Source: the human T2T-CHM13v2.0 reference genome, Homo sapiens. Taken from it: a stretch of 64,000 bases of DNA. Position numbers and translations under genes: made by a program. The DNA is taken from assembly GCF_009914755.1 (NCBI RefSeq), contig NC_060934.1, one strand, 5' to 3'. A model generated the notes under the pieces. That model saw only the letters and a list, made by a program, of their open reading frames with translations, had not been told where the DNA came from and did not search any database. Positions 43,331 to 56,420 of the stretch are shown here, piece after piece (position 1 is the first letter of the stretch; each line of letters starts with the position of its first letter).

Positions 43331-44059
43331 GGTTGTGTCTGCCTTTTGGAAATGGAGCAAGTGTCGGTGTCTCCATGTTGCTCCCCCACCACCATTTGCT
43401 GTCACTCTTGCCTTGAGAAATCAGATTAGGATAAGGGGAGTAGCCACAGACAAGAAGTCTCTGTGCTTTCCACCCAGAAGGAATTTTAGGTGAAAGAAGA
43501 GAAATGGCCTCTAAGATCCTTCCCTTCCTGGCTGTTATTTTCCGAAGCCTAAACTCATGTATAAGCCTATGTGATGTATCCTAGAGGGAGAGAAACAAAC
43601 ATCCCTAAAAAAGGCACCAGAGAGAAGAAGGTAATTCTTCCTATTTCTAGGGACACAGAGGGCCAAGTGGGAAGAGAGACCACTAGGCCTGGGGAGCAGC
43701 GGGCAGCCCCTGGCAGTGCCCTGGGACTATCAGCAGGGAATGGTCATCATTCCCCCAATGTGTCCAGCAATCAGAGGGAGAGGGCCCTGGGTCAGTGGGC
43801 AATTCCTTAAGGAGAGAACCCCAGTAGGGACAGAAATTTAATTTCTCCCTTGACTACAGGGCTAGAGGCTCAGAATTACTATCATGTTAGCCTAAAGTTG
43901 CATTCCAAGCTGAGTTTTTGGACTGAGATTCATACTCACAAGAGACAGGAATGACTACAGGAGACTAATAAAATAAATATATGTGTGATTAGGACTCAGA
44001 AGAGCAGTGCCCCAAGCCCTCCCTGTTGGAGGTAGGCAAGAACAGAAGGAAAGCAAGTA

Positions 44060-44139
44060 TTAGATTGGTGCAAATGTAATATCAGTTTTTGCAATTATTC
44101 TTAATGGCAAAAAGAGCAATTACTCTTGCAGCAACCTAA
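44060..44139. mobile_element. MADE1 (Hsmar1-derived MITE, 80-bp palindrome)
   Basis: ta|ttagattggtgcaaatgtaat...attactcttgcagcaacctaa|ta. Confidence 0.9.
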
Positions 44140-44377
44140 TAATTCAGACAAGTTCAGAATGGCCCCCACTCTTTGGTACTAAAGGAGAGGTTCAGGTGAA
44201 TATCAGGCACAGCAGCTCCAGTAATCAATAGATGCTCAAAGACAAGACCTCTGGGCCACCTGAGTGTGTCCTTCACTTCTATTTCTCTTTGTAGTTTGTA
44301 TTTTATCCTGAGCTCCACTGCAGGCTTTTCTTTTTTGTTTAAGTAAAAGACTATAGTATAGAAACTACATGTTTTAA

Positions 44378-44834
44378 TGAATATATGTATATTTACTTAT
44401 ATATATAGTATATATATTTTTATATATTTATATATATTGTATATATATTTATATATATTTATATATATACTATATATATTTATATATAGTATATATATAT
44501 TTGATATATATTTATATATTTATATATTTATATATATTTTATATATTTATATAGTATATATATTTGATATATATTTATATATATTTTATATATTTATATA
44601 TATATTTATATATATATTTTATATATATATTATATATATTTATATATATTTATATATATATTTTATATATATATTATATATATTTATATATATTTATATA
44701 TATTTATATATTTATATATATTTTATATATATATTTTATATATTTATATATTTTTATATACATATTTTATATATATTTATATATATTTTATATATATTTA
44801 TATATATTTTATATATATTTATATATATATATAT
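44378..44834. repeat. ~455-bp interrupted (TA)n-type array
   Basis: Almost pure A/T, tatatatt(t) units. Confidence 0.97.
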
Positions 44835-45542
44835 CTCCTTGTGACTATTAACAATTCCTTTGCTCTATCATGATGATAGATTTCTATAATCATAGCTATT
44901 TTACTCCTGCCAAAACCTATTTCACAGCCAGCTTGCAGGCACCAAAAACCAAAAGTGGGTGGATAAATGTGAATTTGGAAGTAAATTTTAGTAATGTCTT
45001 AAGATGTGCTTTTAACAGAAAATTTTCCTCCCACAGGAGGCAAAGTCATTGCTCTTGTCCTTTCCACCAAAGGAGAGTTTATTTCTTTTTTTTTATTTTA
45101 ATTTAACCAGAAGTCTTCTTACCTTTGCAACTGTGTCACCAGTGACTCCCCACCACCCTTGGTCTTCAGCCCCAAGGGAGCTGCTTATCATATCCTACTG
45201 ACAGTCCCCTGTATCTTTGTGCAGAATATTCAATTTGTTCCCTCTGTCTACACAATCCTTCCCTCCTTCATTCTCCCAGAGCACTTTATAGCTACTTCTG
45301 TCTCTGTCCAGATTTTCCTGACAAAAGCCAAATTATCATTTTCTAAAAGTCCATTGAATTGAAGACTCAAATACGGCCCCAATTTTATAACAATTCTGAA
45401 AGTGAATCAGTTCTAAAAATGTGACTTAGAGACCATGAGATCTTGAAGGCAGGAGAGTGTTCTGTCTCGTTAGTTGTCTCTCCAGTGCCTAGAACAGCGT
45501 CTGATGCACAATAGATGTTCAATAATGTTTGTGGCATGAAAA

Positions 45543-45990
45543 TGTGAGATTACATAATTCAAACTTAAAGCTGTTGGAACTCTAAATTATTTTGAGCCTT
45601 GAGAGGAATATAACTATGTGGCCTAAGTCAAGCAGCATGCAGCTGCAACTTCTGTTTTTTCCTGTAAATGATTAGAAATAGCCGAATGGCGTCAGAGATT
45701 AAGAGCCCCTCTGATCATTACCCCTCCTCAAAGAATGTTAAAGCAATCTTCCTTAAAATGTAGCAAGCTACAACCAATCAAATCGCTGTAACATATACAC
45801 TGGCTTTGAATGGAAAATGTTGAACCCTGTGAAAATTCTCGGTTTCTGCCTACATAAGTGAAACCTTAACTTCCCCACTTGGGAACACTGATCCTATTCT
45901 TTTGGAATCTCTTTCTTGGTGGTCATTTCTAAACTTTGTGCTGGAATAAACTCAATCGTATTTTCTGACTCTCATTGTTTCAGGCTGACA
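45543..45990 (+). mobile_element. ERV1 solo LTR (LTR24-like) inserted in an L2 3' end
   Basis: tgtgag...aagctgttggaactctaaattattttgagcctt...aataaa...ggctgaca; L2 tail at ~45430-45542. Confidence 0.7.
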
Positions 45991-47109
45991 AATAAACGAA
46001 AACCTGGGCTTTATTCTGTTGATTTTACAATACCCTGTTCAATCCTTTAGGAGTTATGAAAAGGCCATATTTGTACTTCCTTTTCTCTAAGGCATCATCG
46101 TGAATGCTCTGCTTGACCCCCCCTCCTCCTTCCCACTTCTCTCCTGGAAGAAGTCGCAGGAATTTTAGCATTTTCCAGACAAATGACAAGTAATACTTAG
46201 AATCTAATTGTTATAGAAATGCAAAGTTCAATACCGGGACCAGGTATCTGACAGGACAGGAAAAGCTATTGGAAAAGCAAGGCTTTAGCTTTCTCCATCT
46301 CATTAGTGTACCACTGAGACAAGTTTGTTTTCATCTCTGTGGCTTTTTTCATAGTTCAAATTACCCGTCAGTACTTAGAGACCCATCGCTCAACTAATGC
46401 ACTTTATTAACATGCAACAAACCAAGGAGAAGAATATTTTAACTTGTGAGGCACTTCAAAGGGAAAGAAATAATTTGCAGTCTTCAGAGCTACCCAGAAG
46501 CACACACTGCTTTTCATTAGAGAAAGGCAATGTTGGCAGGCATTCTGTTGGCACAACATCCTCTTAAACAAAACCTTGATGCTAATTTCTCCCTGGCTAG
46601 CAAATCCATCATGACAATTAGTTCGCTCAGCATTTCACTTTCCAAATGGCAAATAGAAACACAATTTGAGAATTTTCCTACAGATCATTTCCTGAAAACT
46701 GACATTTCCTGAAATCCTGACAGTTAGGCTTAGGGGTTTGCAGAAGGGGAAGCCTAAAAGGCAGGTGGCTCCAATACAAGCGTTTGGGAAGGGATGCATG
46801 AGCAGGTCTCTAGCTCTCTATTTGGCAGCTTTCATTCCCCAATTCTTCACCCAAGGTCAGAAGGGGTGCCTAAAAAATGTGTTCTTTCATGCCCTTCCAA
46901 TGTATTTCCCCAAACCCATTTATTATCCTCTACCCCAATGGGACAGCCCAGGCGTGGGTTCAGTGTAGGTCAGTGTGGGAGCTGCCACTCTTACTTCCCA
47001 TAATCCTGTCCCCTCTTATGCTGAGTGACCTTGATTTTCAGCAGTTAGATTCACCAAGAAGGCAAACTCCTGAGATGGTAACTGAGATCATACTGAGCTC
47101 AGGCCAGGG

Positions 47110-47410
47110 CAACAGGTAGTGTAGAAGCCCTGGAGTAGAATTCACAAGACCTGTCATCCCAAAGATAGAGCATCAGTCTCAGGTCCATAGTTAGTCCACT
47201 GGCTGAGAAATCTCAGTCAAGTCACTTAACTTCTCTATGCCTCTTCCATTTTTCATGTATAAAACAGAGATAATAAGAGATAATAAAATATAGTCTTGCT
47301 TTTTTATTATGAAAATCAGAATAGGAAAATAAATTTAGTAATTGATCATTGTTACTGGGTAAGGTCCCCACTAAAAGTACCTTCTGCAAGTTAGCAGGTG
47401 CTCAAGAAGT
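47110..47410 (+). mobile_element. MIR
   Basis: caagtcacttaacttctctatgcctc...tcatgtataaaacagagataataa. Confidence 0.7.
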
Positions 47411-47424
47411 GATGCTCACTCTGT

Positions 47425-48082
47425 TCTAAATAATTCACTTATTTAAATTAGGCTGTAACATGTACCATACATTTCACCATTTTAAAGTGGCCAATTCAGT
47501 GGTTTTTAATATATTCGCAAGGTTGTGCAACCATTACCACTATTTCATTCCAACGCATCCAAAAAGAAACTTCATACCCATTAGCAGTCACTCACATTCC
47601 CTCCATCTTCTCAGCCTTAGGCAATTTTGATCTCTATGGATTTGTTCACTCTGGACATTTCATATAAATGGAATCACCTAACCTGTAGCCTTTGGTTTCT
47701 TCCATTTAGCATAATGTTTTCAAGGTTCATCTATGTTGTAGCATGTATCAGTATCCATCCTTTTCATGACTGAATAATATTCCATTGTACGAACATACTA
47801 CATTTTGTTTATTCATTCATCAGTTGATGGACATTTGGGTGATTTCCACTTTTCACCTATTACAAATAATGTCATCAAGAATATTCATGTACAAGTTTTG
47901 TGTGGATGTGTGTTTCCATTTTCCTTGGGCATATTTTCCTAAGAGTGAAATTACTGGGCTATAGAGTAATTCCATGTTTACCTTTCTGAGGAACCGCCAA
48001 ATGTTTTTCCACAGCAGTTGCACCATTTTACATTCCCACCAGCAACAAATAAGGGCTCCTATTCCTCCATGTCCTCACCAGC
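47425..48082 (-). mobile_element. L1MB 3' portion
   Basis: ttcgcaaggttgtgcaaccattaccact...ctggacatttcatataaatggaatca...cattttacattcccaccagcaa. Confidence 0.85.
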
Positions 48083-48567
48083 TTCATTGACTTTTAGGAT
48101 GTTATTTTCCTTTGTTTATGGAACATTTCTAAAATGCGGGATGTGATCTTCAAAGGCTGAAGGGAAAGGAATCTAACCCTGAAAGTGGCTCCCATGGGAC
48201 TTTGGAGGGGGCAGGAATGGGAGGCTACAAGCTCTACAGAGAGTCAGAGCCTCTGGGGTGGAGAAGCTGCAAGGTCCCCTGTGGAACATTAGTGAGGGTC
48301 CTTCTGGCCAACCTAGCACAGGCAGTGGTCTCTACTATGACTGGAGTCACCCACCTGCAGAAATTCCAGCAGTGACAATAATAGGTTGAAATCCATGGCC
48401 TCTACCCCGTTGTCTTAACACTGGGCTTTCAGAGAACTTGAAAAGTGAGCTCAGGGCTGGATACAATTTTTAAAATAAAGAAGTCATCTTTCACCTGTAG
48501 CATTATAAAGCACTTCACAACTGTTTACATCTGCATAGCATAGGGAATACATATTGTCATCCTCAGA

Positions 48568-48785
48568 TTTTTTTAAATGTACTTTATGGATTTAGGGATA
48601 CAAGTGCAGTTGTATTACATACATCTATTACGCAGTGGTGAAGTCTGGGCTTTTATAATACCCGTCACTCATATAGTGTACCTTGTACCGATTAGGTAGT
48701 ATTTCATCCCTTACCCCCTTCTCACCCTCTCACCTTTTGGAGTCTCCAATGTTTGTTATTCCACTCTGTATGTCCCTGTGTTTAT
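48568..48785 (-). mobile_element. Short L1 (PB/MA-type) 3' end inserted in a MIR (~48500-48900)
   Basis: ggatacaagtgcagttgtattacat...agtggtgaagtctgggcttt; MIR resumes at aggttcagagaggctaag. Confidence 0.7.
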
Positions 48786-50286
48786 ACAACACAGGTTCAG
48801 AGAGGCTAAGAAATTTGCAACTAACTAGCAAGTGTAAGGGCTGGAATTCACAGCCTGGTGGGGTGAAAAACAAACCCTTTCTGTTCCCACCACACCATCC
48901 TCATCTCAACCATAGGATTCTAGGGCATGCAATCTACAGTTTGAGACTGAAGGTAATTGGGAAAAAAAAAAAAAGGAGAGGAGAAAAAAGGGCAAGGGAA
49001 AAAAAACTTCCTGTTGAGCAGCAGTTCCTCTGGCCTGCGCGTCTCTTTCTCCTCTTTGCAGTACATTGGGTTGTCTGATGTGTCCATGCTTAAAAGAGGG
49101 CAAATTTGGACTAATTTGAGTCAAAAGACAGTTTACTTTATTTCTATAAGAAGGGGGATGATAAGCAAGCTGGACATGTGTCATTTTTCAGGATCGGGAA
49201 AACGTAATGCGCTGAGGGAGAAGCATATACTCTCCTAAGTGTTCTCCAAACTAGGAACAATCTTTAATTTTTTTGTAATTGCATTCGTCAACTTACTTTA
49301 TACATTTTAATTTTGTTTAGAATTTGATTTCATCTGCTACTTGTTTCTTTTTTTTTTTCAAAACAGTCTAACGCTTCCAATTTTCTTTCTCTTTTTAATC
49401 TCAAATTAAGGCCAGAAAGATTTAGTCGTTTTTAAAATTACATAGTTTCATTCATCAATCTCTTAGTTCGCTTTTCTATTGCCTAAGCAAGAAACCAGCT
49501 GGCAGGATCTTAACCATGAGAGGGAACATTAATCAAACCCCAAACTTTGAGATGATACATTTATAATGTAATGACAAATTATTAATGACATCCTCTTCAT
49601 GAAGCAGAGTAGGACATTAACATGAAAAAAAATTGAGGAGCAAAATATAGGAGAAAGAGTTCAGTTCTACCGAAATAGAATGTACAATTAACTTTGTTAG
49701 AAAATGAAGGATGTTCCCTAGAGGGTTACATCTTTCCACATTTATATTATTTTCATCTCTAATTGGCATTTTTTAGAACCTGTAAACTCATGTTTTTATT
49801 TAGTGATTATGTTTTAATATTCCCTTTTGAATTTTTATCAGTTCTCCTCTGGAAGCTCTCAATATGATATCTTACTCACATTTATTGGAGGAAAGAAGCA
49901 GATTACAGTCAGGATTTATTGTACTTGATGAGAGAGACTCACTGTATAAGGACACAATTTGAACAATTAAGTTGGGGAAATTTCCAACAAAAAGATATTC
50001 CTAATTCTTTAATTATATGATTTCATGCAATAGAATAATCTTTGTAACACCTTCAAAGGGTAGTGAATTAACCAGGGTTCTTTCAGCTGAAAGTGACAGA
50101 AACCCAACTTAAAATAGGTTAAACAAGAGAGAGAGAGAATTTATTGACCAATGGAATTGAAAGGAAAAGTTTCTGAGGGGAATAGAAATTTCATCTTTTT
50201 TCTTTACCTTCTTCTCTTTGTTCATTAACTTCTTCCTTCCTCCTGTTCTCCTGCCTTCCTCTATTTTACTCAAATCTCTTCCCAAG

Positions 50287-50720
50287 TGTTAGGGAATAAA
50301 TGTCTGTGCCCCCACACCCCAAAATTCATATGTTGAAGCCCTATCCCCCAAAGTGATAGTATTTGGAGGTGAGATCTTTGGGAGATCATTAGGTTTAGAT
50401 GAGGGTAGGGGCCCCATGATGAGATCAGTGTCCTTATAGAAAGAGAAACAGACCGGAGCTCACTTGTTTCCACTCCCTCTCCCCCGTCTCTCTTTCTCTC
50501 TCTCTTTCTCTTTCTCTCTCTCTCTCTCTCTGTCATGTAAGGACACAGTGACAAGATAGTCATCTGCCAACCAAGGAGAGAGTCCTCACCAGACAATGAC
50601 CATGCTGGAAACTTGATCTTAAACTTCACAACCTCTAGAACCAGGAGAAATAAATGTCTGTTGTTTAAGCCATGTAGTCTGTGGTATTTCATTATAGCAG
50701 CCAAAGCTGCCTAAGATACC
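50287..50720 (+). mobile_element. MLT1B-like LTR with internal (CT)n, within older MLT1K/LTR33-like pieces (~50070-51180)
   Basis: ccaaaattcatatgttgaagccct...gaaataaatgtctgttgtttaagcc...ctaagata. Confidence 0.85.
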
Positions 50721-51479
50721 GAGCTAATACACTTCTTTATGTGTAATAATAATTTAAGCAGTTGATATTTTCACTGGATCATAGCTGAAGTAAGAAAATT
50801 AATGAGTTTTCTATAGCAGAGCAATTTTTGAAATGCTAATGTTTATAGAATTTAAGGATGAGCTTCAGAAACCTGAGCCTGAGGACTTAGAACTGGGGAC
50901 TGAACTCAGTATATCTCTCTTACCTCAGCTCAGCTCATTTTTACATGTCAACCAGCCTCATGACCTCTTTCTGCAGATAGGCCTTCCCTAGGTGGCAGGA
51001 ACAGGGCCACTGGTAATTCTGCAACCCTACCAGAAAAAAAGCACATAGTTTTTTCCAGCCATCAAAAATCAACATAATCCCAGAGAAGGCTTCTGATTGG
51101 CCCACTTGAGTGATATGGATATCCCTGTGGCCAGGATCCTTTCCAGGAGGGGGATTGGAAGATTTGATGCATGGATCAAATTAGCTACACAGTCCACATG
51201 AAATGCAAATTTGTTTTGCTCCCTCCATGGCAGCTAAGTATAGTACAACATATTAGGATGTGAGAAACCTGAGCTAAACCCCCACATTTTCCTGATAACT
51301 CACTAGCCTTATACAAGTCTCCCCATCACCAATTCAAGCTCTGCAGTAAGCCACACCACTTTATCAGACCCTGGACAGCCTTTCTAGGCACTGCCACAGG
51401 CCACTAGAAACCATTGTTTATATTGAAATAGCAGAACTTACTGTGACCTTTAAAAATAAAGTACTAATTTATATCCTTA

Positions 51480-51765
51480 TGCTGTGGTCTGAATGTTTGT
51501 GTCTCTGCAAAATCCATGTGTTGATATCTAGTCCTCAATGAGATAGATTAATGCGCTTATAAAAAAGGCCTAAGGGAGGTTGTTTGTCTCTTCCACTGTG
51601 AGAAGGCACCATCATTGAGGAATGGTCCTCACCAGACACTGAATCTGCTGATGTCTTCATCTTTGACTTCCTAGCCTCCAGAACTGCAAAAAACAAATTT
51701 CTGTTGTATATAAAGCAGCCAGTTTATGGTATTTTTGTTATAGCAGCCTGAATAGACTAAAACAC
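51480..51765 (+). mobile_element. MLT1A-like LTR, internally deleted
   Basis: tgctgtggtctgaatgtttgtgtc...atagcagcctgaatagactaaaaca; TSD cctta. Confidence 0.85.
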
Positions 51766-52419
51766 CTTATATATTCCTTTACGTTTCAACAAAAAGTGGG
51801 TGTTGCTTTTTTTTAATAAGATAATGCATGATGAGTATTTGGGCCCTCAGGGACATAATTAATTGAGAGACATTTTTTAAAGAGATTTTTATTACAGAAA
51901 CTAACATTATGAGAGCACAGTCACTGCCACCTGATCCATCTGCTTATTTTGGGTGGTAGAAATTAAACAAACCAACAGAAGCAGAAGTGGCTTTTCACTA
52001 GGAAACCACTTTTAAGTTTTATATCACACATATTCAATCATCATTATGAATTATCTTAATTTCTACCAAACTCTAAAGCAACATGTTAGTTTGGTAACTG
52101 GTTGCTTGCCCCTGAAGAAAGAAAAGACTGAAATTTTCACTGGACATTTTAATGGGTTTGGAGCTTTCTAGACAGCATCAGTGGTGAGCTTAAATTCAGA
52201 TTTCTGATTGGGCAGCCGAACTCTTAATTTAGAGCCAACGGTAGCAGAGCGTGGCTCAATGCTAAACATTGGACAATGGTATAGGGAACACAAAGTCACC
52301 TGCTAGTACAATTTTATCTCATACCATGCTCTGCTAGTTGAAAAGCAAAACAGGAAATGTTCATGAGATTTGCTTCAGAGAGAACATTTTATCTTGTTTG
52401 GAAGGCAGTTACTAAAGAG

Positions 52420-52632
52420 AAAAGAGCATGGGCTTTGCCAAAAGTGAGATGAATAATTGAATCTCAGCTCTTCCGTGCACTAGTTGTGTGACATTAATTA
52501 AGTTACTTCATCTTTCAGAGACCCTGAAAGGAATCACAGTTACTTCGCAATGTGGTTGTTAAGTATAAATGAATATATGAATGTGCTTAATATAATATAC
52601 AGCATATTTTAATGTGCAATAAATGCTAGTTT
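52420..52632 (+). mobile_element. MIR
   Basis: aaagagcatgggctttg...ttgaatctcagctct...caataaatgctagtt. Confidence 0.7.
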
Positions 52633-53254
52633 ATTTCCACTCTTTGAAACTGAGAAAAAGGCCAAGAGACGTAAAAGGATTCTACTCAACTGTTCAAGAA
52701 AAGCATCTGCTCTGTTGTGTTCATCCTATTAGAAAAACCCCCACTTGATCCAACATCTGATCCAGTTTCTTACCCATTTCTTGACTCTGCCTTAGAGCAA
52801 ATCTCCAAAGAATTAACTATCCTTGCTGCTGCCAATTTCTTTCCTCACTTTCCTTCTCAAACTCATCTCAATTAGGCTTCCCTGCCAAGAGAAAATGCTC
52901 TTGATGAGGTCAGTAATGAGCTCTCATGGAGTCCCCCTCCTCTGCTGTTATTACTACTCTCTTGATGATGTTAAGCAATCCTTTGGCCTTAGAAACCACC
53001 AGTTCTATACTGACAGCCCCAAAATTATTATCTCCTTCCTGAGCATCTCCTTTGAACTTCAGATTCTTACATCCAATTGCCTACTCAACATCCCTACCTT
53101 AACATATGACAAATATCTCAAACTTAACATGTCCAAAGCTGAACTCTTAATCTTCCCTTTGAAACCTATTCACCCTAATTCCATAATCTTCCCATCTCAG
53201 TCAATGGAAACTCCATCCTTTCAGATGTCGAAAACAAAGTCCTTGAAGGCAATC

Positions 53255-53642
53255 TGTATCCATGAACTTTCACTGAGTTATGTCACAATAACAACAACAA
53301 CAAAAATCTAAGAAGCTTAGAGCAACAATTTCTGCTTGCTCATGTTACATATCAGCAGAATGTGGACTGTGACTGTTTCATGCCTTCTCCACTTCAGAAT
53401 CTAGGCTGAAGGGATACCCCTATCTGGGACATTGCCTTTCTCATGACAGAGGACTGAAGAGGTCCCACATGATGGTGCTTAAATATTCTGCTGGACAGGG
53501 GCATATCACTTCCCAATTCACTGCATGGAGCAAGTCACATGTCCAATCCTGGTGACAGTGGGGTGCAAGGATAATTCTCCCAGAGTGATGTGCTCTGTAG
53601 GAAGGACCCGCAAATATTTTGGCAATAATACAAGCCACCACA
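53255..53642 (-). mobile_element. Ancient MaLR LTR (MLT1J/K-like)
   Basis: cacttcccaattcactgcatggagcaagtcacatgtcc; aatct on both flanks. Confidence 0.55.
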
Positions 53643-53703
53643 GAATCTTTGACTCCTCTGATTCTGTCAGATCTCATATCCAATCCATGAGGAAATCCAG
53701 TAG

Positions 53704-53883
<180 letters not shown>

Positions 53884-54168
53884 TAGTTTCTATCTTCAAA
53901 ATAGATCCACAATGCAACCATTTTTCATCACCTTTAATACCCTTCCCTGGTTCAACATAGCACCATTTAGTGCCTAGAGTATTTATTACATTAGCCCCCA
54001 ACTGTGTTTCTGCCTTGGCTTCCATACTGCCTGTTCTTAACTCAGCAGTCTGGATGATGCTGTGGAAATATAATCCAGATCATGTCAACCTTCTGCTTAA
54101 AACCTTCCTATGTATCTCCATTTCTCTTAAAATAAAAATCAGTCTTTACAATGGGCAATGATCTACAA

Positions 54169-54508
54169 CAGCAGCCCCCAACTTTTTGACACCAGGTAGT
54201 GGTTTTGTGGGAGACAATTTCTCTACTGATGGTTGGGGGATGACTGAATGGTTTCTGGATATAACTGTCCCACCTCACATCATCAGGCTTAGAGTCTCAT
54301 AAGGAGTGCACAACCTGGATCCCTTGCATGCACAGTTCATGATAGAATTTGTGCTCCTATGAGAATCTAATGCCTCCAGTGATCTGACAGGAGGCAGAGC
54401 TCAGGCAGTAATGCTCTCTCTTCTGCCTTTCACCTCCTGCTGTTCAGCCTGATTCCTAACAGGCCACAGACCAGTAGGGGTCTATGGCCCGAGGGTTGGG
54501 GACCCCTG
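54169..54508 (-). mobile_element. MER1B (hAT-Charlie MITE)
   Basis: cagcagcccccaac...gttggggacccctg TIRs; 8-bp TSD atctacaa/gtctacaa. Confidence 0.88.
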
Positions 54509-56109
54509 GTCTACAAGACTTTACATTATCTGTCCAACATTCCCCATGTCCTTCCTAACTTCATCCCCTGATATCTGCCCCCCACAACTTCAATCCAACC
54601 ACATTTGCCTTCTTGCTTTTCTTTCAATCATAGGTACACCCCAGCCTCAGGGCCTCTGCACTCGTTCCTTTTGCTTAGAAATCTTGTCCTTCGAATCTGT
54701 GCTGGGCTTACTCCTTCCTGTCCTTTAGGTCTTCAGGGTACCTTCTCAAGCCTACCTCAGTCACCTCATATAAAATTTTAGCTCCTTACCCCATATTAAT
54801 TTTTGCTATGAAATGATACATTAATTAACAACATCCTATTAATGAAGCAGACTACAATATTTATTGCATTTTAATTTACTACCTAATTTACTTACTGATT
54901 ACTCTTATTATTACACTCTGCTAAAATGTAAGCCTCACAAATACAGGAAACTTTGTCACTATTCCCTAGTGAATCCCAAGGTAGAGGTATCTAGAACCCT
55001 AAATATGACTAGTTAGACCCAGAGCAGAACAAAGTTGGGTATGTGATAAGTGACTCAATATTTGTTAAAATGAATTCAGTGAATGAATGAAGCTTGTACA
55101 ATTTTCTTTTTCTGCCTCACCAATTTTTCTCCTTAACATTGTAAAATTTAACTCTTCTGTCACTTAGGAGGTATTCCCATTAAGTATCTATAGCTGATAT
55201 AAAAATCTTTGTTCTTCATTAAACTTTATACCCTTTAATTTCCCAAAGGAAAAATAATAAGTATTGGATCAAGTAAAATTGAGACTCATTTTGTCAGAGA
55301 AAAAGTTTTGCTATTTCTCTAACAGCATTACAACAGTAATATTAACATTTAAAACACTTGGGTGTTTTGTCCAGATTTGAGTCAGTGATGGGGTTTGAGG
55401 GAAAGAGGTGGGGACAATTGTTTTCAAACCAATGCTTAAGTCTTAGAGACTTTGTTAAAGAAACCCCAAAATTATTTATCTAGAAAGAGTAGCACCTTAA
55501 TTATAATCATTTATGAAAGCAATAGCAGATATATATATAAAATAGCTCAGAAAGAAGGAGAAATGATAAATGCATATATTTCCAGATAATACTAAGTTAT
55601 TTTTTATTTTGAATAAGACCCTATAGTTAAGCTGAGGTATTTTTGCAGCTCTGCAGTCTCCTTGGAGGAAAACCAATTTTTTTGGTTATTGTCTCCTTTT
55701 TAATCTTTTCTAAATCAATTGAGCCAATCTCTCCTTAGTATTTCAAATGCCATCATTGATAAAGTCTCAACCAATTCCTCCATATAGTAACAGATATCAA
55801 AATAATTAACCAGAGTGGTATGAATATTAAACCAAAAAGTTATAGGTAGAATTAGTACAGAGAAAATAAAATTGTGATAGCAGCCACATTGGTTCTGCAT
55901 ATAATGGACAAGGCCCATGGATAGATTATTGGAATTGACTGGGTAAGACCAAATGTTTGTTTTCTTCATAATGAGAAATACATAAAATGAAAATATTTCA
56001 ATGAGGATGGAGGAGCTATAGGGCAAAAGGCACCAAGTCATGAAAATGTACAATGGTCATACCACAAACAGTCTATAATTACAGAGAAGACAAGCTGTTC
56101 ACCCAAAAT

Positions 56110-56420
56110 TCATGGTCTTCCTTTGAGAATGCACAGCTGTTACTAGAAAGTGCCTGTCCAACCAGACCCTCTTGTAACCAGGTGGAACCATGTGACAAGG
56201 TCTCATCAGTGGAATGTAAACAGAAAGGATGGCATCCAACAGAATGGGGGCCACTTCTTGGCAATGTGATTAAGAAACAAGTACCTTCCCCTAATCCTTC
56301 CTCTTCTGCTAGCTGGAAGCAGACTTGGAGGACCTAGGGGATGGGCACCCAAGGATGGAAGGGGCCTGGGTCTGTGGATCTCCATGAAGGGAAAGCTCAA
56401 AGTCTGAAAACTCAAATGGA
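56110..56420 (+). mobile_element. MLT1J/I-like LTR fragment
   Basis: ggtggaaccatgtgacaag...cagtggaatgtaaacagaa; aggatggaaggggcctgggtc. Confidence 0.6.

Noticed and set aside
43340-44040. Purine-rich segment that might be an ancient LTR
   Set aside because: I could not recognise termini, a TSD or a family, so it is left uncalled
44377-44851. 155-aa and 95-aa I/Y/F-rich ORFs
   Set aside because: Translation artefacts of the TA array
49163-49181. p53-like element AAGCAAGCTG/GGACATGTGT
   Set aside because: The half-sites overlap by one base and each has a mismatch, so the geometry is not canonical
52823-53311. 162-aa ORF
   Set aside because: Lies in an L2 fossil (LKLNMSKAELLIFP is L2 ORF2) and runs into an LTR; not a host gene
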